Shown here: positions 1 to 11,500 of the stretch, piece by piece
Layout: every line of letters begins with the position of its first letter
Position numbering within the stretch: position 1 is the first letter of the stretch
IMG/VR virus record: IMGVR_UViG_3300045972_000807
Span: 64,001-128,000 of that record
Length of the DNA stretch: 64,000 nucleotides
DNA from: a virus
Direction: 5' to 3' (one strand)
Notes under the pieces: model-generated
Databases searched by the model: none
The model's input: only the letters and a program-made list of their open reading frames with translations
Told to the model about the DNA's origin: nothing
Made by a program: the position numbers and the translations under genes

Positions 1-2407
1 AAAGGCTGGTAACACCAGAGGACCTAACAGCTGCTACGTGGTACCACTGACCGGTTGATGGAGTCCAGGGCATCGAAGCGTTGTACGATCCGCTGCTGTG
101 CGTACCAAAGTTTAAAGTGCTAGTATGCAGCGCAAGGAACCATTTGTCCACTGAGCTAGAGCCAGGTACATCGCTTTGGCAGATAGGTACATAGGTACCA
201 GCCACAGAGTTGAAGTAAACCCATGCTTCTACCGTAAAGTCGCCGGTACCGAAGGCAAGTGTGGCCGAGGCTTGTGCTGAAACGTAATCGGTTGTACCGT
301 TAAAGTACATCGAACCGCCGTTGGTCAAAGGCGCCCAAGCAGCTGAGGGCTCGAAGGGAGACACAGCTTGGACGCTAGGCGTACCGCTTATCGTAATAGC
401 TTGTGACAGAGTGCTGTTGTCAGCATGCTTGTTGCCTTGGCACATCAGCAAGCTAGTACCAGGCACTGCGGTCAAGGGTACTGTGATAGGCGCAAAGTTT
501 ACTGAGTACAACGAGATGCCCTTGGTAACACGAGCATTGCTAACGTAACCTGGGAACCATTGTGCTGCAGCCGGAATAGAACCAACGTTGGTCACCGCAA
601 CGCTGTAGTTGGTTGCATCCATAGAGCTAGCTGTAAGCACACCGTTGATAAAAATCTTGGACACGCCACTAGCTCGGGTAACCACAATGTGGTACCAGGT
701 GTTTAGTGCAAACGCGTAGGTAGCCGTAACCGTAGCAGCAGAGCCGTACGGGTTAAGAGTAACCGTAGTACCTGTGTTAAGGTTTACTACGGGAGCTCCG
801 GCTGATACGCCGCCCATAAAGCTGTTGTTGGCTGCAAAGGACACTGGGTTAACCCAGGCTTCCATTGTGAAGTCGCCTGTGCCAAATACCAATGCCTGAG
901 TAGTAGGAACTGCAAGGGAATCCGTAGTTCCATTGAAGTAGGTGCTCCAGCCTGACTGAGAGAAAGGAGAGAAGGTGCCTTGAGTTGGCGTGCCGGTCTT
1001 GGCTATTGACAAGTCGCTACCGCTAATGTCCAAGAACCCAGCGTTACCTGCAGGGCCCGAGCCTTGCAGCGTGAGCATCGAGGTATTGGTAACAACCGTA
1101 ATGGGAGAAGTGGGTGGCGTAAAAGCCGTGGTGTACATGGCTGTGCCATTTACCAGCCTAACGTTGCTAAGGTATCCGAAAAAGTAGCCGGCCGTGGCAG
1201 CGTTCACGCCAATTCGGCATGCTGTGTCTGTGTAGTTGGCAGAGGCTACAGCAGCGGCTACGCTAACGCCGTCAAGGTAAGCTGTAATCGTACCGCCCGA
1301 CCGAACATAAGCGAAATGATGCCAGGCATTGAGAGACGGGCTAGTAGATGAGGCAAATATAGCCGCACCGCCCGACCATGCTGACAAACCGCCAGTAGAG
1401 GGGCTAAGGTAGAAGCCGATACCAGTGGCATTGCCGTTTGTAGTTCTTTGATCCAGCAGTGTGCTGGTTGCAGCGCTGGGGTAAGCACTAATGTTGAACC
1501 AGCCTTCAACCGTGAAGTTGCCTGCCAGTTGGAATTGGCTATTTGCTGGGGCCATCATGTAGTCGGTTGTGCCGTTGAAGAACGCCGAGGCCGAGCTAGG
1601 TGTGTAAGAGAACGGGGACTTGGGTTGAACCTTCGGGGTACCGGTAACCGTTACTGCAAAGTTGTTTGTGCTGCTGTCTTTGAACTGAGGTGCTTGGCAT
1701 GTAAGCAGAACAGTATCTGTAGTAGTGGTTAGTGGCGTAGTAGGCGGTGTGAACGTGCTTGTATAGACAGCAGTTCCCTTCACAATTCGGAAGTTGGACA
1801 GGAATCCGGAAAGAAAGTTTCCACCGTAGCTGTTATTACCGATACGCGTTGTGTAGTTTGTAGAGTAGCTTGTAGCGTCAGTACCGCTAGTGTCAAGAAC
1901 TCCGTCTACCCACAACTTTATAGTCCCAGATTGGCGGGTAACCGCGCAGTGGTGCCATAAGTTATTTGCAATAACGGTTGTACCGGAAAGACCGGTGGGG
2001 CCCCAACGAAGAACGGGACTTGAAGTTCCAAGTGCCACGTAAGGATAAGACGAAACCGTACTAGCCCGGTTATCGTAGATAAAAGTATTCAGTTGTGCTG
2101 GAGCATTTAGCCAAAACTCAATCGTAAAATCTCCTGACCCAATAGCCAAGTTTGTATTGGCGGGTAAGGACAGATAGTCTGTACTGCCGTTAAACAGAGT
2201 GCTGTAGTTATTCCCGTCAAAAGGAGAGAACTGGTCATTGTGAACAGAACCAAAAGGTGCAATGTTCAGGTTGTTGGTGCTTGCATCTGCATTGAAAGGC
2301 GTAGCAGATGTTTCACCGTTGAGCAACAGGCTGGTGTAGCCGAAGTAGGAGTCCAGAATGGCTTGGACAGAAGCTGAAGTGCGTGAACGACGGAGGTAAC
2401 GGAACAT
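1..2407 (-). CDS. Giant LamG/concanavalin A-like repeat adhesin, paralog 2 (3' end runs off the window; missing from the ORF track)
   Basis: ATG at 2405-2407 reads MFRYLRRSRTSASVQAILDSYFGYTSLLLNGETSATPF, almost the same as the N-terminus of the 2506-11673 protein. It has the same FT(V/I)ExW, WxHxAVxR and NGxTDY LamG motifs. The first and last segments translate in one frame (about 802 codons to the edge). Confidence 0.9.
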   Translation of the reverse strand, partial: MFRYLRRSRTSASVQAILDSYFGYTSLLLNGETSATPFNADASTNNLNIAPFGSVHNDQFSPFDGNNYSTLFNGSTDYLSLPANTNLAIGSGDFTIEFWLNAPAQLNTFIYDNRASTVSSYPYVALGTSSPVLRWGPTGLSGTTVIANNLWHHCAVTRQSGTIKLWVDGVLDTSGTDATSYSTNYTTRIGNNSYGGNFLSGFLSNFRIVKGTAVYTSTFTPPTTPLTTTTDTVLLTCQAPQFKDSSTNNFAVTVTGTPKVQPKSPFSYTPSSASAFFNGTTDYMMAPANSQFQLAGNFTVEGWFNISAYPSAATSTLLDQRTTNGNATGIGFYLSPSTGGLSAWSGGAAIFASSTSPSLNAWHHFAYVRSGGTITAYLDGVSVAAAVASANYTDTACRIGVNAATAGYFFGYLSNVRLVNGTAMYTTAFTPPTSPITVVTNTSMLTLQGSGPAGNAGFLDISGSDLSIAKTGTPTQGTFSPFSQSGWSTYFNGTTDSLAVPTTQALVFGTGDFTMEAWVNPVSFAANNSFMGGVSAGAPVVNLNTGTTVTLNPYGSAATVTATYAFALNTWYHIVVTRASGVSKIFINGVLTASSMDATNYSVAVTNVGSIPAAAQWFPGYVSNARVTKGISLYSVNFAPITVPLTAVPGTSLLMCQGNKHADNSTLSQAITISGTPSVQAVSPFEPSAAWAPLTNGGSMYFNGTTDYVSAQASATLAFGTGDFTVEAWVYFNSVAGTYVPICQSDVPGSSSVDKWFLALHTSTLNFGTHSSGSYNASMPWTPSTGQWYHVAAVRSSGVTSL

Positions 2408-2469
2408 AGTAATCTCACTTGTGTTGTTAAAGATGGAGAAACGTGCATTGCGGCACGTAATGAAATTGA

Positions 2470-2494
2470 GAAGGGCCCAATTTCTGGGCCCTTC
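2470..2494 (-). terminator. Hairpin (probable terminator/attenuator) between the two LamG genes
   Basis: Perfect 10-bp stem GAAGGGCCCA-atttc-TGGGCCCTTC just after the stop of the 3055-aa gene; the U tract is weak. Confidence 0.6.
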
Positions 2495-2505
2495 ATTGCC
2501 TTTGC

Positions 2506-5500
2506 TTAGTTAGTCGGGAACGCCGCTGTTGGTACAGCGAAGTTACCAGTGTAACGACACACGCCCTTAGTTATACGCAGATCGTCAATGTAGCCATTGA
2601 CAAATCGGCTAGTACCAAGCCAGGCTCCAATGTATCCCTTCCAAGTTGCGGCCCAGTTAACGTAGGCGGTACCTGCGTTTCCGGTAGCTACCAACACGCC
2701 GTTGCGGAACAGTCGAGATGTAGTTCCGTTACGAGTATAAGCCCAATGTATCCAAGCACCTGCAGTAATTGCTACCGGGTCAGTAACCGACCCATAGCTA
2801 GTAGTACCGCTGATGAAGGTGGAAGTCATTACGTTGTTACTAGCTATCTCGATAACAAGACCTTCATCGCCTTGACCAGCAACCGACGTATTGGAGATAC
2901 TGAACACCCGGGTGTAAGCACTTGGTAGTGCATTCAGGTACATCCAGAACTCTATAGTGAAGTCACCTGCACCTAACTGTAGCGTCTGCTGAGGTGGCAG
3001 TACGGCGTAGTCTGTCGAGCCGTTAAGCGCAATAGAACCGCTGCCAACCTTGCTGAAGCTACTGACCTGTGCGTTACCGTAGAGCACCACATCGTTGTTA
3101 CCTGCTGTATCCGAGACACCGCTTGTTTTACCAAGCAGTAACAGCTGAGTATTGGTAACAGCCGTAAGCTGAGCAGTAGGCGGCGTAAACGCCGAGGTGT
3201 AGACCGCAGTGCCCTTAATAACCCGCAGGTTGCTAATATAACCCGGGAAAGTATCTGTAGAAGGAGTTCCGTAGATGGAACCTACTCCAAAGAATGTTCC
3301 CGTATAGTTGGTTCCGTCGGGAGTCGAAAGACCAAGAATACCGTTGATGTAAAGTTTTATTACAGACGAGGCTTTGACAACCGCAAAGTGTATCCACTGA
3401 TTTAGCACCGGTGTCACAGCCGCAATACCGGTAGTGGTGTAGTTCCCGTTATTTGAGTAAATCTGCCATGCCGTAGACCCTGTTGTACCGAAGGCAACGC
3501 TGTTTACTGTAGAACTTGGGAAGTTGGAAGTACCTTGTTGGAATACACCGTTAGCCGTAGAGTTAAAGCTGGTCATGTACACCCAGCCTTCAATCGTAAA
3601 GTCTCCAGTTCCAAATGCGTACGCTGAACTAGCTGCAGACGTAATGTAGTCCGTCGTGCCGTTGAAGTACAAGGACGCGCCATGTGTATCTGCAGAGTAA
3701 ACCGAGTTAACGGCAAACGTAGACTTAGCTTGAACGCTAGGAGCCCCAGATACCGTAAACAAAGCAGCGATCGTACTGTTATCCTTGATCCTGCTATCCT
3801 GGAAGGCCAAAAAGGACGTTCCACTTATTGCGGTAAGCTTAGCAGTAGGCACGCTAAAGTTGGTGGTGTAAACCGCAGTGCCCTTGACGATACGCATGTT
3901 GCTCAGGTTCCAGTTAGGATTACCTGCGTAGGACAAGTTCTGCTGATACACGCCTACAGCCAGAGCGTTGCCTGCCGCTGCCGATACTGCGGTTTGGGCT
4001 CCGCCGTAGTTTATACCGTTGAGGTAGAAGTACAGTGAGGCGCCTGACTTGACCACAGCTACATGGTGCCATACACCCAGTGGCATCTGGGTAGGACTAA
4101 TCCCGGATACAGTAACCGTAGTGCCTGTACCAGCGGTATAGCTAGTGAAAGCTATTCCAGATACGGTATTAACACCGTTGATGGATATTAGCCACCCACC
4201 GCCGCCTGTAAAGGTTCCAACCAGCTGATTGGCTGTGCTTCCCATTGCGTTGTACGCAGTGAAGTTAATCCAGCACTCTACCGTGAAGTCCCCACCAACA
4301 ATGTCGTAGGCCGTATTAGCCGGAGTTGTAACGTACTGGGAGCTATTAAAGTTGGTGCTCCAACCATTGTTGCTGAACGGGCTAAAGGCGCCTTGCGAAG
4401 GTGCACCGCCTGAAGTTATGGCAAAGTTGTTGGCACTGGAGTCCACAAACACGTTGTTCTTGGCTACTGTACGAGTAACGTTCTGAACATTGGTGTTAAG
4501 CAACACAGATACTTGGTTGAAGTACGAGTCAGCATCTGATGCGTTAGGCAATGCTGCGGCAGGCGGAGTGAAAGCTCCAGTGTACCTAGCAACGCCCTTG
4601 GTGAATCGGAAGTCGCTAATGTAACCTTGGAACAGGTTACCGCCTGCGTTGATTGCCCCAATGGCGGGAGCATAGGTAGTCGCACCTGCATTGATAGAGG
4701 CAGAGGCTGGTAAACCGGTAGACCCAACTAAACTTCCGTTCAGATAAGTTTTCCAAGTATTTCCGCTGCGAACATACGCCACATGACTCCACTGGTTAGC
4801 CGGTGGGTTAGGACTTGTAGCTACGTAAGGTGTTGCCCCAATATAGACGTCGCAAGTCGCAGTAGTTGCTGATATGTAGCAGCAGAAGGATGAACCAGCT
4901 GCCGTAGTACCGTCAGCTTGAGATCCATAGATAGCTTGTGTGCCTGACTGTTTAGTTGGGTAGACCCATGCCTCAATCGTGAAGTCTAAGGTACCAACCG
5001 AAAGGTGGGGCTGTCCCGTCTGAAGTCTGAGGAAGTCATTTGTGCCGTTGAAGCTAATAGCCCCAGTGCCATACTTGACCACCGAAGACTGGATAGCCGC
5101 ACCGCTAACAGTAATCACATCGTTCTTACCAGTGCCATCCACAATGCCTGCGCCAACGCCATTCAACAGCCATGCGGTGTTACCCGTTACAGCCAATGGT
5201 GCGGTAGGTGGTGTGAACGCCGCCGTGTAGAGCGCTGTTCCCTTGATTACGCGAACGTTGCTAACGTAGCCCGTTCCAGAAGAGCCGACAATACGGTTGG
5301 TCAGAGCGGTGTGGTTATAGGTATTGTTATTGAAGTCAATCAGGACTCCGTTAATAAACCTATACAGTACACCGTTGCTGCGAGATACAGCTAAGTGTAC
5401 CCACTGGTTGGACGGAACAGACCCAGCTGAGTAGATGTTGGCCCCACCTTCTTGCCAGTAAAACCCATTTAAGTAGGTCAAAAATCCCCAGGTGTTGGTA

Positions 5501-8500
5501 CCAGCCGAAGGCATAACAACGTTTAATGACGCGCTGGTCTGGTAAACCCACGCTTCAATAGTAAAGTTGCCAGTACCAAAAGCAAAATTGTCTAAGCCAG
5601 TTGTTATAGAAACTGAGTCAGTGGTAGCAGGGAAGCACATTGAGCCGCCATTCACAGCCGGGTCATAGGCGCTTACAGCTAACGGAGAGTTAGCTTGGAC
5701 ACTGGGAGTACCAGCTACAGTAAGCGCAAGGTTGTTACCCGAGTTATCCTTAAAGCGGTTGCTTTGCAGAGTCAGCAAAGAGGTACCACCAGCTACAGCC
5801 GTAAGCGGTGCAGTGGTAGGCGTAAACGCCGTAGTATAAACCGCCGTACCGTTAACTATACGAGCATTGCTAATATAGCCAGAGAAGAAGTTGGTAGAAC
5901 TAGAACCGAATCTACCTATAACCAATGCTCTAGAAGCCGTTGTGGAATAGGTTGAGGTACCTGTGGCGCCAGCTACACCGTTAACGTAAACTGTAACTGC
6001 TGTCCCAACCTTACAAACCGCTACGTGCGACCAGGAGTTTAGTGCTACAGTTAAACTGGTAGTAAAATTTGTTGTGCCATCCCAGTAGTTAACCGTGTTA
6101 GCAGGCAGCAACAAAAACTCATCCGTATTACTTGGAAAACTAAATATACGAGACGTTCCAGATGCTGTTGGGAAAACCCAAGCTTCCATTGTGAAGTTAC
6201 TGCTAAAGGCAAACCCAGTGCTGCTAGCCGTAGTTAAATAGTCAGTGCTTCCGTTAAACAAGCCACTCCATCCGTTGTTTCCAAACGGGCTAAACGTGCC
6301 TTGCGTTGGGCTACCAGTGCGAGTAACCGTAAGAGCGTTATACGAGCTGTCCACAATCACGTTGTTGTTTGCTGCTGGAGCTGAATAGCTAGTGCCGTCA
6401 GCGTGGAGCAACAGAGAGACTTGATTGAAGTACGGGTCTGTAGCACTGCTATCAGGCAGAGCCGTAGTGGGCAAAGTAAACCCAGCAAGGCCGTAGCGTG
6501 CGTAACCTTGGGTAACGCGAACGTCATCCAGGTAACCTACGAAAGCATAACCGGAAGAGTAGTAACCACCCACCACGCAGAACTGGCCTGTGTAGTTGGT
6601 TACGTCAGCCAGCATTCCAATGCCAGTGTCCATAACACCGTTGATAAACAGCTTAGTCACACCGCTCTTGCGTTGCACAGCAACGTGGTACCAGCTACCC
6701 ACAGTTATAGTCGCAACACTGGTGTACACCGAACCTGCCACAGCGACTTGAACCTTTCCAGTAACCAGTGCAAGGTCTAAACCGGTGTTGTTGGCTGGGT
6801 AACGAGTTGGTGAGATTTGGATAATTCCATTGTTAGTAACTGACTGGGGATACATCCAGGTCTCAACCGTGAAGTCGCCTGTGCCAAATGCCATTGTCGG
6901 ATTTGCTGGGTACAGAATAGCGTCGCTGGAAGAACCGCCAAAGTACAGCGAGCGACTACCAAATTTCTTTTGCGCCGTAGACGTAGTACCACCCATCGAG
7001 ATGCCGTCGTTTTTACCCGTAGCGTCCTGCGCACCGAGGTTAGTACCCAAGAGCAACAGCGAGGTACTGCTGATAGCCGCTACAGGAGAACTCGGAACTT
7101 GGAAGCTATTTGTATAACGAGACACGCCTTTGGTTATACGGAAGTCGTCGATGTATCCAGCGTAGTTTTGAGAGCCACCACTATAAGAACCCAAGGTTAG
7201 ATCAGTAGCGCCCATTGCTGTGGACTCAGTAACGGAAGCTTTAGCAACACCGTTGTGGAATATACGGGTCACTCCTGAGGTTCTGCTAACAGCCACATGA
7301 CTCCAGGTGTTAACCGCAACGCCACCGGCAGCCGGTATAGCTATGTAGCTGGAGCCGGAGTAGTAATACAGGAGTTGTCCAGTAGCGTCGCCAATCAAGC
7401 TGCCGTTACCGTCGCCCCGAGTAATAATGCGCCAGGTAGCTGGGAACGCTGTAGGGTATATCCAGCACTCTACAGTGTAGTCACCTGTTCCCATGGCATA
7501 GCCTAGAGAAGACGGAATAGTAGCATACGTGCCAACTGCACCGCTAAAGGCCAGGGAAGAAGAACCGTACTTAACTGCGGCAGTGCTAGTCTGAGCTGTA
7601 CCTAAAGTAGTTACAAGGTTCTTACCTGTGCTATCCAGCACAGCCGAGTTGGTGCCATTAAGCAGCATAGCTGTGCCGGACACCGCGGTCAGCGGGGCAG
7701 TAGGCACGGAGAATGCGCTATTGTAGAGCGCGGTGCCCTTAACAAAGCGGAAGTTGGAAATGTAGCCAACAAATCGTTGAACGTTCGTGGTGTCCCCGGT
7801 GTGACCAACAAACGTAGAGAACGCTTGTGTGCCTACCGTAGTGGACGTTGTGACCGTAGCATTCTGCACACCGTTCAACCATAAGGTGAATACGTTACCG
7901 TTACGTGTGGCCGCAACATGGTGCCAAGAGTTAGGAGCAAGCACCACGCCGGTGTTGTAGATGTTAACCGCAGTAGTGCCAGCAACTTCTAATCGCAGGC
8001 TTCCATTCCACAAGAACAAATCCCAGTTAGATCCGCCACTAGACGAAGCGCCTGTTATACCTGCGTAAGCTGGGTATGAAGCGTACTGAGGGTAAATCCA
8101 GCACTCAATCGTGAAGTCACCTGTGATGTTCAACAAAGAAGAGGGTGCAGCGCTAACTGCCTCGCTTCCTGGGAAGTACAGCGAACCGCCATTCACCGAA
8201 GCACTGTAGGAACTGCTAACTGTCAACGGACAGACAGGCACGCACTGTGAACCTCCAGCTGGCGTAACAGCTAGGTTGTACGTAGAGTTATCTTTGAAGC
8301 TGTTTGAGTTGCAGGTCAATAGCACGGTGCCAGCCACCGCCGTAAGCGGTGCTGTAGGAACAGCAAAGTTCTTGGTGTAGAGCGCTGTGCCGCGGATCAT
8401 ACGGAGGTTGCTTACATAGCCGGACATAGGGCTAGCTGATGCGAGCTGACCGATGACCAAAACTGTACCAACACCGAAGTCGGAGTAAGCTGTCTGTACG

Positions 8501-11500
8501 CCTTGCAGAACACCGTCCAGATACACACGGTAGTTGTAATCGCTACCGGAGATTGCAAAGTGGTGCCAGGTGTTCAACGTCACCGTGGTAGTACCCAGTA
8601 TGTTTCCTGAGTTGCCCTGGAATCCAACGTTCAAGAAACCGCTGGTCATTACGGACACGTTCCAGCCTGAGCCAGCACTTGTGTAGTGGTTGACGATAGC
8701 CTGACGAGTAGCGTAGGTTGATATATTGAACCAGCCTTCAATGGTGCAAGGCACGCAGTTACCTGTGGTGTCGTCACCAAAGTCAAACACGCCACCAGTG
8801 TCAGCCACAGAAATCTGTGTACCTGTAACACCTGTAAAGTAGTTGCTCCAGCCGCTATTGCCGAACGGAGAGAATGTGCCCTGGGTTGGCGTACCTGTAC
8901 GTGCTATGGTCAGGGCGTTGCTACTGGAGTCCAGGATTGTGTTGTTCTGGGCACCGTTGGAACCTTCACCGTGCAACAGCAACGAGTTGTATTGAAAATA
9001 CGGATCCGCCACCGACGAGTCAGCGAGCTGCGCGTACGGGGTGGACAAGCCTGTGTAGACGGAAGTACCGTTAACGATACGCAAGTTGGAAATGTATCCA
9101 CCGTTGAACATGCCAGTACCGTTAGCAGATGCGCCAACAGAGAACGGAACTCCAGGAGAGGTGTTAAGAGCCAAAGCACTGGTGACTGTACCTGAGACAG
9201 CGCCGTTAACCCAAAGAGTGAAAACGTTTCCAGACCTTACCAGTGCAACATGGTTCCAAGTGTTGATAGTAGCGGCAATAGTTCCCACACCACTCGCTAT
9301 ATCAAAGGATGTTCCATTGGAGCTAAGTACAGTCTTAACTATGCTAGAAGCGCCAAAGTAGATACTGAATTGCCCGAAAGATGAGGCACTAGCAAGTTTG
9401 CAGAGAATGGTGGCACCTGAAGCCGGAGTTGCTGTAGGATATACCCAGCATTCGGCTGTAAAGTTGTTTGCCCCAAACTGCAAAACCAAGGCATCGGGAA
9501 TGGTAAGGTAGTCTGTAGTACCGTTGAAGTACATTGATCCACCGTTGGTCAATGCTGACCACGCAGCCACAGGCTCAAAGGGAGAGGTCGCCTGAACAGA
9601 CACGGTACCCAACGCAGTGCAGGTAAGCGCATTCACGCTGTTGTCCAGGTAGCGGTTGCTCTGGCAAGTCAGCAGGGCTGTTCCAGGAATAGCTGTGAGA
9701 GGGGCAGTGCTGGGAGTAAAGCTGGCAGTGTAGACAGGGTCACCCTTAACCACGCGAACGTTGCTGATGTATCCGTTGAACGACAGGTTAGACGAATCGC
9801 TGTTGTAACCCACAAAGAGTGCGTTAACGCTGCTAAAGTTAAAAGCGTTGACCACAGAGTTGACAAGCACACCGTTTACAAACAGGCGAATCACGTTTGC
9901 CGAATCACGAGATATAGCTACGTGGGTCCAAACGCCGGTCTGAATAGCCGGGCCTGCTATGATGATAGATACAGCTTGAAGGCTGTAGAGGTTCAGCAGA
10001 CCCGTGGTAATGTCAATTGCGAGTTGCCAAGTGCCAGTGCCAGTGGTGTTGTACGCCCGGCTTTCAATAATCGTATTGGTAGAAGCCAAGGACAATGGGT
10101 TTACGTAGGCTTCAATACAGAACTGACCCAGTCCCATAGCAACGTTAGCTGCAGGGAAGCTAAGAGAGTTGGAAGACCCACCTGGGAAATAGTTGCTCCA
10201 GCCGTCTTGCGAAAACGGGCTAAACGTGCCTTGCGTTGGAATACCTACGCGACTTATAGCCAGATCGTTAAGGCTGGCGTCAAGGAAGCTGATGTTGTTA
10301 GCAGCGCCAGCGTTCTGCAGAGTCAGCAAGCTAGTGCCTGAGATAACGCTGAGCGCGGCCGTGGGGGGAGTGAATGAGCCAGTATAGACAGCAGTGCCTT
10401 TGACCACTCGAAGATTGCTAATGTAGCCAGGGAACGGTGTGTTGGTCAGCCAAGAACCTATGTTACCGTTTATACCCGTGAAGTTACGAGCAACCGTGGT
10501 AGAGCCGCCAGCGTCAACTCCATTAATCCAGAAGTTCCACACTGAGCTAGCGTTACGAGTAACCGCAACGTGTACCCACTGGTTTCGGGGCACCGTTGCC
10601 ACAGACGTTGAAATACCAGTAGTTGAGCCTGAGGCTGCCAGGGTACCGGTAGAGTTGAGGTTAAAGATAAGTCCGTCGTCGCTTGATACAACCGAGCTAA
10701 AGATCGTGCCTGTGCTAGCCCCAGTAGCCTGAAATACCCAGGCTTCAATTGTCAAGGAGCCTGAGCCAAACGCGTAGGCGGCCGCGGACGTAGCTGTAGT
10801 GAGGTAGTCAGTCGTGCCGTTGAAGAACGCAGACGCAGCTACTGGTGTGTAATTAAAGGGAACCTTAGGTTGCACCTTAGGTGTTCCGCTAACGGTCACT
10901 GCAAAGTTGTTGGTGCTGTTGTCTTTGAACTGAGGTGCTTGGCAAGCAAGAATTACCGTACCAGAGACAGCAGTGAGAGGTGTGCTAGACGGTGTAAAGG
11001 TTCCGTTGTAAAGAGCAGTGCCCGACACAAGACGCAGGTTAGAGATGTAACCTTTAAAGTAATAGTAAGCATTGTTGTAGCAACCAATGTTGTTTATTGT
11101 CCAAGCCGGCATTGCTGAAGCGTTGGAGTAGGTACCTATGCTTACACCGTTTACGTAGGCTGTGAATACAGAACCATTGCGAACAACAGCAATGTGCGTC
11201 CATTGGTTGTAGGTAGTCCAGGCAGCTGTGATATTGTTTGTCAGGTTACTGGCCAAGGTAATGCCCAGTTGGTCAGCAGCAGTTATCTGCACGCTAAGGC
11301 CGACGTAGCCATTGTTGAAGCCATCCAGAAAAGCTATCTGGCGTATTGAACCGGCGCCTGTGCTATCAGCATAAACCCAGGTTTCAAACGTGAAGTTGCT
11401 TGTACCCAGGTTAGCAGTAGCTGTAGTGGGAAGCGTTAGAAAGTCTGTTGTGCCGTTGAACTGCGTGCTGTAGTTTCCAGCATCGAACGGAGAAAATGTA